Part shown: piece after piece, positions 1 through 9,685 of the stretch
How the letters are laid out: each line of letters starts with the position of its first letter
How positions within the stretch are numbered: position 1 is the stretch's first letter
DNA from: Flavobacteriales bacterium
Lineage (GTDB): Bacteria; Bacteroidota; Bacteroidia; Flavobacteriales; CAJXXR01
DNA: 64,000 bases
Assembly (NCBI GenBank): GCA_049607525.1
Contig: JBMYWP010000011.1
Span: forward strand, 2,110 to 66,109
Direction of reading: 5' to 3'
Translations under genes and position numbers: made by a program
The notes under the pieces: model-generated
The model's input: only the letters and a program-made list of their open reading frames with translations
Told to the model about the DNA's origin: nothing
Databases searched by the model: none

Positions 1-413
1 AATTCGTTAATAAAGTCGGTATTTTCTTTAAACAGACTTTTTAGAGCCAATTCTCCAGCCTCCCATATTTTTTTAAATTCAGGCAATTTATTTATAGATT
101 TCTGAGTAAGTTTAATGGGTTTCCGCCTAGAATCGGTTTCGCTAACAGTACTTTCTACATAGCCTCTTTGTTTCAATTTTGATATTAGAGTGACCACTGT
201 TGGGTGAGAAAACTTTAAAAAATTGGCTATTTCTACGATGGTGAGCCCGCCTTTTTTTTCCAATAATCGGAATACCAAATACCAGTTGGGTTCAATATCT
301 ACATCTAATTCCTTATAAAGCACCCTACTTGAATGGGTTGTTTCTTCCACAATCCGTTTCATTCGTGCCGAAATACTTAAAAATCCGTGTTCTCTTAAAA
401 AATCTTCTTCCAT
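1..413 (-). CDS. MarR family transcriptional regulator (partial; C-terminus lies beyond the left edge)
   Basis: Hand translation from ATG at 413-411 (minus) stays open to position 1: MEEDFLREHGFLSISARMKRIVEE...GGLTIVEIANFLKFSHPTVVTLISKLKQRGYVESTVSETDSRRKPIKLTQK. This is a winged-HTH with a MarR-like recognition helix and DxRR wing. It is absent from the ORF track because no stop lies in the window. Confidence 0.7.
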   Translation of the reverse strand, partial: MEEDFLREHGFLSISARMKRIVEETTHSSRVLYKELDVDIEPNWYLVFRLLEKKGGLTIVEIANFLKFSHPTVVTLISKLKQRGYVESTVSETDSRRKPIKLTQKSINKLPEFKKIWEAGELALKSLFKENTDFINE

Positions 414-508
414 AATATGTAGTTGACTACGCAAATGTATGTAATTTTTATGTAGTGCACTACATTGTTTTTAATAAAATTATTATGATTGGATTTTAAT
501 AATAGCTT

Positions 509-886
509 TCAACGAGGTTTTATCCACTTATTTTCAACACCAAACCCAATCAAACCGCCTATCAAATAACTTACAATATCGCTCCAAAGAAATCCAAAAC
601 CTAATATCAATCCGCCTAATCGGGTATTTCTAATTTCTAAAATCCAAGGTTGTTGAATAAGCTGAGATAATTCGATAAGATAACAGGTTCCAACACTCAA
701 AACCAAAACAAACGAATTTGATTTCTTGGGCCAAATAAATCCAAAAATCCAATAAAACATTAACGTGTAAAGTATATCTCCTAAATATGGGTAAATGAGT
801 TGAGGAATAAATGGCTTTCGAGACATTAACCCGAGGAAAATGGTTACAATAATAAGAATAAAATATACGATTCGGTTTCTTTGCAT
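509..886 (-). CDS. small multi-pass membrane protein, DUF2809-like
   Basis: ORF 509..952. Hydrophobic helices plus a 'YLGDILYTLMFYW' motif recalled from DUF2809. I moved the start to the internal ATG (MQRNRIVYFILII...), which begins the first TM helix. Confidence 0.5.
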   Translation of the reverse strand: MQRNRIVYFILIIVTIFLGLMSRKPFIPQLIYPYLGDILYTLMFYWIFGFIWPKKSNSFVLVLSVGTCYLIELSQLIQQPWILEIRNTRLGGLILGFGFLWSDIVSYLIGGLIGFGVENKWIKPR

Positions 887-955
887 TTTTGATACATTTA
901 TTGAATTGGATGTTAAATATAATATTAATTGTGATGGTTTAATAAAAAGCAATAA

Positions 956-1585
956 TCAATCACCTAATTCCATAAGAACATCAACAATAATATTTTCCCA
1001 CTCTTTCTGATTAACCTCCACAAAGTCATTTTGGCCAAGCCCCACAACACAAAAAATAACATCTACCTTATATTGTCTCAATAATTGTAGACTATCAATT
1101 AAATCTTGTTTATTACCACCATCATTAGGCATTATTAAGGTGTTCCACTTTCCATGATTTAAAAAAATAGTATCGGCTACAAAAAGATAATTTTTATTAG
1201 TTTCTGATTTAATATAATAACATAAGTTGGTATTTGTGTGACCAGGTGTGTCTATTATTTCAATACCCATAAACGAAGTTGATTTTGGAATAAATTCAAA
1301 ATGATTATAAGTCGTATTCAAATGTTTTTTTGCTTTTTCGTGCAGAAAAACCAAAGGTTCAAAATCCTTTAAATTCTGATAAAATCCATTTTGTAATTCG
1401 TGATGGTGTCCAATCATCTGAAAATCTAATCCACCCAATTGAAGTATTTCCTCCGTTTCGGATAAACTATTGGTATAATACATTAAAAATCGTCCGTAAC
1501 TATTTTCATACACATAGGTTTTTAATCGCATTCCAAAATGATCTCCTTTTTCCGACTGCCATAAATCTGGAAAAATTTGTTTCAT
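956..1585 (-). CDS. MBL-fold metallo-hydrolase
   Basis: 209 aa. 'MIGHHHELQNG' and 'IIDTPGHTNTN' resemble the His-rich metal-binding motifs of the metallo-beta-lactamase fold, and the size is typical. Confidence 0.65.
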   Translation of the reverse strand: MKQIFPDLWQSEKGDHFGMRLKTYVYENSYGRFLMYYTNSLSETEEILQLGGLDFQMIGHHHELQNGFYQNLKDFEPLVFLHEKAKKHLNTTYNHFEFIPKSTSFMGIEIIDTPGHTNTNLCYYIKSETNKNYLFVADTIFLNHGKWNTLIMPNDGGNKQDLIDSLQLLRQYKVDVIFCVVGLGQNDFVEVNQKEWENIIVDVLMELGD

Positions 1586-1601
1586 AACTAATAAATTTAA
1601 A

Positions 1602-1622
1602 GAGCTGTGGCAACCACAGCTC
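1602..1622 (-). terminator. putative intrinsic terminator hairpin after the DUF1330 gene
   Basis: GAGCTGTGG-caa-CCACAGCTC inverted repeat. On the minus strand it is followed by TTTAAATTT. It sits 21 nt downstream of the stop at 1643. Confidence 0.4.
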
Positions 1623-1642
1623 CAATTGAAAATAAAAGGCCG

Positions 1643-1996
1643 TTATTCTAATTCGTAAGAAAAATCGGATGGATCATAGGCGTCTACAGCCATTGTAAAA
1701 TTTGGCGGTGTAACTTCATGTCGTAAATGCTTAATGGCAATATATTCAGGATCCTCCCAAAAACCTTTTAAATGCTCCATAGATGGAAACTTGAAAATTG
1801 TCAATTTGGATTCAGGCTTCCACTCTCCTTCCAATTTTTCCAAATTTTGATCGGTATGTCCAGCTACAATTAACTCACCTCCGTATTTTACCATTAATGG
1901 ATGAGCAGCCTCTCCATAAGGCATTAACGATCCATGTCCTTCTGGCATAAATGAACTTGCCACAAAATAAGCTGGTTTTTGCTTTGAATTACTCAT
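1643..1996 (-). CDS. DUF1330 domain-containing protein
   Basis: ORF 1643..2044. From the internal Met, 'MSNSKQKPAYFVASSF...YGGELIVAG...LTIFKFPSMEHLKGFWEDPEY' matches my memory of the small DUF1330 dimeric alpha/beta-barrel family. The upstream 16 codons look like noise. Confidence 0.55.
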   Translation of the reverse strand: MSNSKQKPAYFVASSFMPEGHGSLMPYGEAAHPLMVKYGGELIVAGHTDQNLEKLEGEWKPESKLTIFKFPSMEHLKGFWEDPEYIAIKHLRHEVTPPNFTMAVDAYDPSDFSYELE

Positions 1997-2083
1997 AACG
2001 TCATGTTTAAAATTAATGAATAGTGCAAAGTAAATCATTAACAAACATAATTTAGGTGACGTAATTAATGCAAAAAGGAACTT

Positions 2084-2965
2084 TTATTTGGTTTTAATAT
2101 ATTCACTTGGCGTAATTCCCGTCTGTTTTTTAAAAAATCGGCTAAAAGAATTTCTTTCAGAAAAACCGAGTTCATCAGAAATTAATTGAATGGAATTTTC
2201 TGGGTTTCTCAACATACCTTTAGCTTTTAATAAACTAAAATCGTCAATGATTTCTTTAAAGGTTTTCTGTGTTGATTTTTTAATACATTCGGCCAAATAA
2301 ACAGCACTTATATTTAGTAAATTTGAATAATATTGAACCGTTTTACGTGGGTTTAATTCTTTTAAAACCAAGTGTTCAAATTTTTGAGCAATTTGAGTAT
2401 GTCTGGAATATTTGACTCTTAAATTTTGATTAAAATCCAACTCCCTTTTTAGGTAAGTTAAGGTTATTTGTAACTGTGCAGATAATAGAACCTCACTATC
2501 TCCATCCATTCGATTGTATTCCAAAATCATGGTTTTGAACATAGCCGTAAGGGCTTCTATTTTTTCCTCGTTTAGGACATATAAAGAGTTGGTATACCGA
2601 TTAAAAAACGGAAACTTCACAAAAATACTATAGAAATCGGGGTGATTTAGAAAGTCTGGATGAAACAATATTAAATAAGATTTGGCATGGCTATATCTTT
2701 TATTTACCAACCAACTAATTTCCTGATTTGGCGAAACAAATATCAAATTATGATTCTCGATATTTCCTTTTTCATTATTCATCGAAATTTCAGCATCATA
2801 CCCTAATACAAAAGATATTTCGAAAAACTGATGTTTATACTTAAACTCCTCATAATTCAGATCTGTATTATAAGCCTCATATTCAACAATATAAAAAGAC
2901 TTTAATTTAGGATGAGGTAAATTAATGTCGTCTATATAGGATTGAATTTGTTTGTAGTTTTTCAC
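2084..2965 (-). CDS. AraC family transcriptional regulator
   Basis: 293 aa. The C-terminal double HTH is 'VQYYSNLLNISAVYLAECIKKSTQKTFKEIIDDFSLLKAKGMLRNPENSIQLISDELGFSERNSFSRFFKKQTGITPSEYI'. Confidence 0.85.
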   Translation of the reverse strand: MKNYKQIQSYIDDINLPHPKLKSFYIVEYEAYNTDLNYEEFKYKHQFFEISFVLGYDAEISMNNEKGNIENHNLIFVSPNQEISWLVNKRYSHAKSYLILFHPDFLNHPDFYSIFVKFPFFNRYTNSLYVLNEEKIEALTAMFKTMILEYNRMDGDSEVLLSAQLQITLTYLKRELDFNQNLRVKYSRHTQIAQKFEHLVLKELNPRKTVQYYSNLLNISAVYLAECIKKSTQKTFKEIIDDFSLLKAKGMLRNPENSIQLISDELGFSERNSFSRFFKKQTGITPSEYIKTK

Positions 2966-3133
2966 GATTTATTTCTTTTCAGTTTTCTTTTTGGTTTCCA
3001 GTGTTTTTGTGGTTTTCTTAAATCTTCTCCAAAATTACCCAAATCGAATCCGAAAGTTCCACCAACTTTCACAGATGTTCTAAATTGATCAATTCTTCTA
3101 ATACAAGTTGAAAATACAATCTACTACGGTTTC

Positions 3134-4159
3134 TTAGTTCAAAATTAATTGACAATTGAAAAGTTTATTTTCTTTCCATTGTTTCAATTCATATTTCCCA
3201 GGATAAAACACTTCTAATCTTTGAATAGCATTATTAATTCCTAAACCTCCATGACTAAACTGTTCCAAATATTTTAAATCAATACTATTAACAATATTGA
3301 ACTTTAATTTTTTATTTACATTCGATATTGATAAATAAATAGAGGCTTCCTTATTGGAATAAATATTACTATACTTCACTGCATTTTCAATGAAATTAAA
3401 AAAAATAAGTGGTGGAATTTGAATACTTTCTTTTTCATCAATTGATATATCCCAGTTAATCATTTCTTTATTGACCGCTTGATTATTAACTCGATTTAAG
3501 AATAATTCAATTTGATTAATTTCTTCCATAACCTCAATTTTATCCTTTTCAATTTTGTATAAGGAATAAATTAGCCAATCCGATAAATTTTCGATTCTAT
3601 TAATCATTTTGTCTGGATTTTTATGTCCTTCATAAATTATACTTGACAATTCATTTAAAATGTAATGCGGACTTACTTGATCTTTTAAATACTGAATATA
3701 ATGGTCTTTTTGCTTTAATTTAAGATTACTATTAAAATCAAAATAATAAAAACCGAAAGAGAGTAGAATAATAGCTAATGATTGATGTAAATACATAACA
3801 TAATAATGCCAAAAATATTCATAGAGTTTTACATCATCAGCCTCCATTAATTGATTACAATATTCTATTGGAATATTCATTTGAATATGAATGTATAAAT
3901 AGTTCAGTAAAAGCGCCCAAAAAAACATTAAGAAAAAAGAAAGTACATATTGTTTTTTGACAAAAACAAGTTTACAAAACCATACATAATTCATATAAAA
4001 AAATATTATATTTAATATCCAAATAGATATTATGTATGGAGAAATCCAAAGTAAATTACAGTTTAATGATGTTTCAATTATGGAATATAACATGAGTATA
4101 GTCCATAAAAAAAAATGTGCCTTTATATTAGGAGGATAAACAAGTATTTTGTTAAGCAT
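3134..4159 (-). CDS. sensor histidine kinase, LytS/YehU-type (His_kinase domain)
   Basis: Multi-TM N-terminal half. H-box-like 'VSPHYILNELSSI' (cf. PHFLFN) and C-terminal ATPase 'HGGLGINNAIQRLEVFYPG'. Overlaps the upstream response-regulator gene by 8 nt. Confidence 0.8.
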   Translation of the reverse strand: MLNKILVYPPNIKAHFFLWTILMLYSIIETSLNCNLLWISPYIISIWILNIIFFYMNYVWFCKLVFVKKQYVLSFFLMFFWALLLNYLYIHIQMNIPIEYCNQLMEADDVKLYEYFWHYYVMYLHQSLAIILLSFGFYYFDFNSNLKLKQKDHYIQYLKDQVSPHYILNELSSIIYEGHKNPDKMINRIENLSDWLIYSLYKIEKDKIEVMEEINQIELFLNRVNNQAVNKEMINWDISIDEKESIQIPPLIFFNFIENAVKYSNIYSNKEASIYLSISNVNKKLKFNIVNSIDLKYLEQFSHGGLGINNAIQRLEVFYPGKYELKQWKENKLFNCQLILN

Positions 4160-4883
4160 CTGTCTTTAATTTTGTGTTAAAATATTTTGTAATTTCATTC
4201 TTGAAAATAATTTTATAAGTCCTTCCCAAGGGAAGCATTCTACTATCTTCAGTTTTTAACCTTATATCACTTGACGTGAACTCTTTAATAAAATTTACAT
4301 TGACTGCATAAGATTTATGAATTTGAATTAATTGAATATTTTCAATTTGCAATACTTCTTTCATAGTGATTTTTTCTACAGCATAGCCAGTTGTGAAATA
4401 ATATTGCATATAATTTCCATTTGCTTTTACATAAATTAAATCACATTTTTTATAAACCTGAATTTTACTATAATTTTTAAATTGAATGTATTCTACATTG
4501 GTTGTAATTTCACTCTTTTGAATAATATCATATAGCTTTTCAAATTTGTTTAAACTTTTTGATAATCTTTGGTTTGTAACCGGTTTCACAAGAAAATCCA
4601 AAACTTGCTCTTCAAAAGCTGAAACTGCATAATTCGGAAAACCAGTATAGATAATTATCTGAACCTGTAATTTGTTAAATTTCAAAAAATCCATAGCATT
4701 TTCTTCTTGTAATTCGACATCAAGAAAAATCAAGTCAATGTTATTATTTTTTATATAATCTGGATCTATATTCCGAAGTGAGGTAAAAGTGTTAACACAA
4801 TAATACTCTGAAAAATTATTCATTTTCATTTTCAATAATTCACAAGCCTCATCATTATCCTCAACAATAACAAATTGATACAT
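4152..4883 (-). CDS. LytTR/AlgR family response regulator
   Basis: Receiver motifs 'FVIVEDN', 'IDLIFLDVELQ', 'FLVKPV'. C-terminal LytTR-like 'IHKSYAVNVNFIKEF...LPLGRTY'. Confidence 0.85.
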   Translation of the reverse strand: MYQFVIVEDNDEACELLKMKMNNFSEYYCVNTFTSLRNIDPDYIKNNNIDLIFLDVELQEENAMDFLKFNKLQVQIIIYTGFPNYAVSAFEEQVLDFLVKPVTNQRLSKSLNKFEKLYDIIQKSEITTNVEYIQFKNYSKIQVYKKCDLIYVKANGNYMQYYFTTGYAVEKITMKEVLQIENIQLIQIHKSYAVNVNFIKEFTSSDIRLKTEDSRMLPLGRTYKIIFKNEITKYFNTKLKTDA

Positions 4884-5047
4884 AGATGTTTTTTATTGCA
4901 AAAATATTAATTATTGCTTAATAATTAAACAAACAATATTTAGATTTTGGTTGTTTAAGTAATATGTTTGGTTGTTGGTCACTACTTTTATTTAACCTTA
5001 TTACAAATCCTAATGGAAAAAATACATTTGTCAAAATTTTAATAAAA

Positions 5048-6610
5048 ATGAAAACAACGATTTTATTACTTGTATTTGTATTGATTAATCCCTTACTTTC
5101 TTATTCACAAGTCGGTATAGGTACTACAAATCCACATTCATCATCAATTTTAGAAGTGTATTCTACCACAAAAGGTATGTTACTTCCACGCTTAACTAAT
5201 GAACAAATATCAGCTATTACTGATCCGGCCGAAGGTCTGCTTTTGTACAGTTTAGATGAGAATTGTTTGATTAATTACAGAAATTCTATTTGGTATAACC
5301 TATGTAATAATGAGCAATTAGTATTGTTACCTAGTTTTCAAAACCAAAATATTATTCATGCGAATGACCTACAAAGCGGAGACCAGTTCGGTAGATCAGT
5401 TTCAATAAGTAATGATGGAACAACAATTGCAGTTGGCTCATACAAAGAAGATATCGATCTAAATAAACCGATTAATAATGCAGGTTCTGTATATATATAT
5501 CGCTTAATAGCTGGTAATTGGTCTAGTCAAGAAGTAAAAATACAGGCTAGTGATAAGCAAGAAGAAGATTTTTTTGGTTTTGCAATTGCATTAAGTGGCG
5601 ATGGAAAAACATTAGTGGTAGGCGCCTTTAATGAAGATGGTGGAAACGGAGATATATCACCAAACTCAGGCTCAGCATATATTTTTAAATATGAAAATTC
5701 AATATGGCAACAAAAACAAAAAATACAAGCCAGTAATACGGGAAATGGCGATAAGTTTGGTAGATCCGTAGCAATAAATGGCGATGGTAAAACAATTGCA
5801 ATTGGTGCCTTTAGTCACGATTTTACTTTGAATGATGGAAGCAGTATTCCAGAAATTGGAGCAGCTTACATTTTTCAATATAACGGTTCTAACTGGCAAG
5901 AACAACAATTTATTCATGCGAGCGATAAATTTTATTCAGATTTCTTTGGATGGTCTATAAGTTTGAGTGATAATGGGAACACTTTAGTTGTAGGTGCCAT
6001 TTATACAAGAGATATTGTCAATAATATTCTGGGTACTGGAACTGCTTACATTTATAAACGAATTGGTAATTCTTGGAGTGAACAAGCCATATTAAAAGCA
6101 AGTAACGCAGGATATTCAGATCTTTTTGGAGAATATGTTACTATAAGTGGAGATGGAAATACTGTTGCAATAGGTACCATACGAGAAGATGGAGTGAGTT
6201 CAAATACCATTAGTAACGCTGGAGCAATTTATATTTTTAAATTTGATGGGGTTAACTGGAATGAAGAAATCATTATAAGAGCGAGTGACAAACAAACAAA
6301 TGATTATTTTGGTACCTCTTGTGCATTAAATTTTGATGGAACAATATTAATAGTTGGCGCAGAGGGTGAAGACGGAGGAATTGGAGATCCAAATAATAAC
6401 GCCGGTTCTGTTTATGTTTATCATAATAATGAATCCGTTTGGGATGAAATAAATATTATTCATGCAAATGACCAAGATGCTGCTGATGAATTTGGTATTG
6501 CCGTGGCAATTTCTTCAGACGGGAATACGATAGTCATTGGGGCTCATCTCGAAGACGGAGGCAATGGAAACCCTGAAATAGATGCGGGTGCAGTTTATAT
6601 ATACAAGTAG
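5048..6610 (+). CDS. secreted FG-GAP repeat (integrin-alpha-like beta-propeller) protein
   Basis: ORF 4964..6610. I prefer the ATG at 5048 (MKTTILLLVFVLINPLLSYSQ signal peptide). There are seven ~60-aa repeats of D.FG.S(V/I)..S.DG.T..VGA: DQFGRSVSISNDGTT, DFFGFAIALSGDGKT, DKFGRSVAINGDGKT, DFFGWSISLSDNGNT, DLFGEYVTISGDGNT, DYFGTSCALNFDGTI, DEFGIAVAISSDGNT. Confidence 0.8.
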   Translation: MKTTILLLVFVLINPLLSYSQVGIGTTNPHSSSILEVYSTTKGMLLPRLTNEQISAITDPAEGLLLYSLDENCLINYRNSIWYNLCNNEQLVLLPSFQNQNIIHANDLQSGDQFGRSVSISNDGTTIAVGSYKEDIDLNKPINNAGSVYIYRLIAGNWSSQEVKIQASDKQEEDFFGFAIALSGDGKTLVVGAFNEDGGNGDISPNSGSAYIFKYENSIWQQKQKIQASNTGNGDKFGRSVAINGDGKTIAIGAFSHDFTLNDGSSIPEIGAAYIFQYNGSNWQEQQFIHASDKFYSDFFGWSISLSDNGNTLVVGAIYTRDIVNNILGTGTAYIYKRIGNSWSEQAILKASNAGYSDLFGEYVTISGDGNTVAIGTIREDGVSSNTISNAGAIYIFKFDGVNWNEEIIIRASDKQTNDYFGTSCALNFDGTILIVGAEGEDGGIGDPNNNAGSVYVYHNNESVWDEINIIHANDQDAADEFGIAVAISSDGNTIVIGAHLEDGGNGNPEIDAGAVYIYK

Positions 6611-6856
6611 ATCAATCAAGAAAAGATATCTACAAATAGCTTTAACCTAATAATAACCTTCACGTAAAAAATACACTGACACAATTATAAATTCAGGATT
6701 CAGATTATTATTTGGATCCTGTTTTTCAATTATTATTAAAATTGGTTCTACATAAAGCCTAATTTTTAATTAAAAAAAGGCCATATGTAGTTGCCTCTGT
6801 AGAAGAAAGGAACAACGAGATTATCAAAGGATCATTAGAAGATAAAACAACTTATT

Positions 6857-7045
6857 TTAAGCTATTTTCATGGAAAAAGATTCATTTACAATTTCTCCAA
6901 CAACCTCTTCCGAGACCAAATCAATAATTCTAAAATCCGATGTAAATAACGTTTTTTTAATTCGAAATCGTTTTCTATTTCTGATATAAACGTTGTATCT
7001 CGCTCCAAAAATGGAACCAAAATCTTGTTCTAAAATAATTTTCAT
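6857..7045 (-). CDS. hypothetical small protein
   Basis: 62-aa ORF whose start overlaps the stop of the upstream co-directional ORF by 4 nt. No recognisable motif. Confidence 0.3.
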   Translation of the reverse strand: MKIILEQDFGSIFGARYNVYIRNRKRFRIKKTLFTSDFRIIDLVSEEVVGEIVNESFSMKIA

Positions 7046-7773
7046 TTGTACCTAGCGTTTCTATTCTTTAATCGTTGTTTTAAGTCTTTAAACCAAGTTC
7101 TTTTTTCTAAAATAATATTTTCTAATTCGATTCGGTTTCGTTTTCTATTTTTTATTTGGTAGGCTCTTTTCTTTCTATAAAAAAAATGATTTATAGGTTT
7201 TGAATAAACCAAATGGCTTGTAAATACAAAATTTTTATTTGCCTTAAATTCAGTTTCGCACTTTGCTTTTAAATCTAAAAACAAACCACTTTCCCCATTA
7301 ATAATAAGTTTGTAAATTTGCTCAGACTTTAAAAGTTTAATATGAAAAGATAAATCAAAATTAATTTGATTTAAAGAATATTTCTCATCAAAATCATTCA
7401 CATTAATGAGATCAATATCTCCCAATATATCGGGATCTTTACCATCAAAGAGTTTTATTTCAATGGAAATTGAATCTAATAGAGCTTCTGAAGAATCAGT
7501 AATATTAACCACACTCTTGTTAATAAACGGATCATCAAACATCAAAATTAATGAATCTGAAGAAAGGGTATAAACGCCCTCATCTTCATAACCTCCTAAA
7601 CAACCAAATGACTTAAATTTGAACTGATTATCTTTCCTAAAGTTAATTTCTTCGCTATAATATTCTTTAATACCAATATAACGCCCGCTAATATTAGTTT
7701 TACTTAAACAAGACACTATAAATAATGTGAATACCAAATAAAAATTATTTTTTATGATTCTCTTAATACACAT
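7042..7773 (-). CDS. hypothetical lipoprotein
   Basis: 243 aa. N-terminal 'FYLVFTLFIVSCLSK' is lipobox-like. Basic C-terminus. Overlaps both neighbours, which looks like an operon. Confidence 0.5.
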   Translation of the reverse strand: MCIKRIIKNNFYLVFTLFIVSCLSKTNISGRYIGIKEYYSEEINFRKDNQFKFKSFGCLGGYEDEGVYTLSSDSLILMFDDPFINKSVVNITDSSEALLDSISIEIKLFDGKDPDILGDIDLINVNDFDEKYSLNQINFDLSFHIKLLKSEQIYKLIINGESGLFLDLKAKCETEFKANKNFVFTSHLVYSKPINHFFYRKKRAYQIKNRKRNRIELENIILEKRTWFKDLKQRLKNRNARYK

Positions 7774-8236
7774 CTATAAGTTTTTTCGCATGTTCAACAA
7801 TCTCATCCGTTAGAACCTTTCGCATTCCCCTTGCGGTAAAAGTAGCCCTATAACGATAATCATCAAAAAAATAATGCGTTTCAAAAAATTCGGTTTCATC
7901 TAAACGACTTCCTTCTTTAATGGCCATCAATTCGGATTTTGAATACAAAACATAAATTTCGTAATTCTTATTTTCCTTAGTGAGTACTTCAAATAATCGA
8001 TAATCTTGACTTGTTTTGAGTTTTATATAATCAATTTCTTTGTCGCCCCAATTTTTTAGTACTGCAGGTTCAATGTTTTTGGAATCCTCAATAATACTGA
8101 ACTGACTTAGAAGCGAATCTACAATTTGAGTTCTATTGGTTCTATCTTCTTCACTTAAAAGAAATACCTTTTTAGTCGATTGAAAAACACCACAAGAAAA
8201 AATGGACAGCATAAATATTAAATAATACAATTTCAT
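7763..8236 (-). CDS. hypothetical lipoprotein
   Basis: 157 aa. 'MKLYYLIFMLSIFSCGVF' is a signal peptide with a lipobox Cys. Confidence 0.5.
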   Translation of the reverse strand: MKLYYLIFMLSIFSCGVFQSTKKVFLLSEEDRTNRTQIVDSLLSQFSIIEDSKNIEPAVLKNWGDKEIDYIKLKTSQDYRLFEVLTKENKNYEIYVLYSKSELMAIKEGSRLDETEFFETHYFFDDYRYRATFTARGMRKVLTDEIVEHAKKLIDVY

Positions 8237-8397
8237 ATAAAGGTAATTTTATTCATTCTAATGAAGGAAAGTTTATTGCAACAAAAAATAAACTCTCAAA
8301 TTTTCCGTAATCAAGTCTTATACCATCACCCCAATATAAAACTAAAAAGCGGTTATATGAAACCTTGGCACGAATATAAAGTGGATTCTTTATTCGA

Positions 8398-9027
8398 ATG
8401 ATTAAAACCTATTTTAGTATTCTAAACCCCGAATTAGTTGATTTATCCATTTCAATGAAAAATAAGAAAATAAAGAAAAAAAATATAGTACAATGTCCTT
8501 GTTGTAAAACTTATGTCGGTAAGAGAGATCAAAGCCATATTCATCAATCTTACCAAAAATTGGTTGCACAAAGAGGGGAACATTATATCTCCTATCAAAC
8601 TTTATTAAAACATAGAAATTGGGCTTGCGATGGATGTTTTCAATCGGGAAAAGCGGCCAAATCAAACTTTCACAAATTAAGTTATCGGGGTTATGATTTA
8701 CCACTTTTTGCATATTATTTAAAAGAAAGAACCTGTAGGGATTGTCATATAGATTTTGATTTTACTATTAAAGAACAAAAGTTTTGGTACGAAGAGCAAA
8801 AAATAGAAACGGATGTGATTCCCGTTCGTTGTGCAACTTGTAGAAAAGCAAGACGTAAAAAAATAGTCAGTAATAATCGGATTATGGAACTCACAGCAAT
8901 TCCAGACAAAACCATAGAACATTTAAAAGAGTTAACAGGACTCTATAGGATTATTGGCTCCGAAAGAAAAGCCGTTGAAACAGAGAATCAATGCAATAAT
9001 CTGCTTAAAAACTCGGAAAGAAATTAA
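8398..9027 (+). CDS. zinc-ribbon domain-containing protein
   Basis: Paired Cys motifs: 'CPCCKTYV', 'CDGCFQSG', 'CRDCHIDFDFTIKEQKFWYEE...RCATCRKARR'. The last matches the 'probable zinc-ribbon' family pattern C..C..F.F...EQ.F......P.RC..CR. An alternative start is at 8455 (MKNKKIKKK). Confidence 0.55.
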   Translation: MIKTYFSILNPELVDLSISMKNKKIKKKNIVQCPCCKTYVGKRDQSHIHQSYQKLVAQRGEHYISYQTLLKHRNWACDGCFQSGKAAKSNFHKLSYRGYDLPLFAYYLKERTCRDCHIDFDFTIKEQKFWYEEQKIETDVIPVRCATCRKARRKKIVSNNRIMELTAIPDKTIEHLKELTGLYRIIGSERKAVETENQCNNLLKNSERN

Positions 9028-9045
9028 GAATCGATACCATAAAGC

Positions 9046-9678
9046 ATGATTAATATTCAAGAAATAAAAAAAAAACTGGATCTACTAAAACAATTAGATT
9101 CTGATTTTACCATTTTCGGTTCTACAACACATCAGTATAAAATGAATCCAGTAATTTCTATGGCTAAATTGGAAAATTTTGAAAAAAAGTATGAAATAAA
9201 ACTGCCTGCAGATTATAGAAAGTTTTTAACCGAAATCGGGAATGGTGGTGCTGGACCATATTTTGGGATTTTACCTTTGCCAATGAATGTAGATCCTTTT
9301 GATATTGAATATAATTTGAAAGGATTAAAACAGTCATTCAAATATGATAAACCATGGAATTGGTCTGAGAAAGTTTTTGAAAAATTTTATGTTTTGTTTG
9401 AAGAAAAAGATGAGGAAATAGAAGACTTTTTTCAACACCTTTTTTCCGAGAATTATTACCATGAAAAACATATAGAAGGTTCTTTGTATATTGCTGATTA
9501 TGGCTGTGCTTTGCGTTATTATTTAGTAGTGTCTGGAAAAGAAAAAGGAAACATTTGGTTTGATCAAAGAGCCGATCATGATGGAATCACTCCTGTATTA
9601 AATCATAAAAAGAAACCTATTACTTTTACGGATTGGTATATTAATTGGTTGGATGTATCTCTAAATAATTTTAAATAA
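9046..9678 (+). CDS. SMI1/KNR4 (SUKH-1) family protein
   Basis: 'LENFEKKYEIKLPADYRKFLTEIGNGGAGPYFGILPL' and 'LYIADYGCALRYYLVVSGKEKGNIWFD' are the hallmark SUKH motifs. Confidence 0.8.
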   Translation: MINIQEIKKKLDLLKQLDSDFTIFGSTTHQYKMNPVISMAKLENFEKKYEIKLPADYRKFLTEIGNGGAGPYFGILPLPMNVDPFDIEYNLKGLKQSFKYDKPWNWSEKVFEKFYVLFEEKDEEIEDFFQHLFSENYYHEKHIEGSLYIADYGCALRYYLVVSGKEKGNIWFDQRADHDGITPVLNHKKKPITFTDWYINWLDVSLNNFK

Positions 9679-9685
9679 CTAAAAA

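Noticed and set aside
3134-4883. A link between the LytS/LytTR pair here and the DUF4132/SWIM genes, by analogy with E. coli yehU/yehT (btsS/btsR) lying near yehI-yehQ
   Set aside because: Here the TCS is ~18 kb from the nearest DUF4132 gene and ~50 kb from the SWIM gene, on the other strand, and separated by many unrelated genes. This is most likely coincidence.
9066-9075. Homopolymer tracts as phase-variation switches: A10 in the SUKH gene at 9066-9075, and A10/T10 at 4107-4116 in the histidine kinase gene
   Set aside because: In a genome this AT-rich, Lys (AAA) and Phe (TTT) codon runs produce such tracts by chance. Without population data showing length variation I cannot support phase variation.
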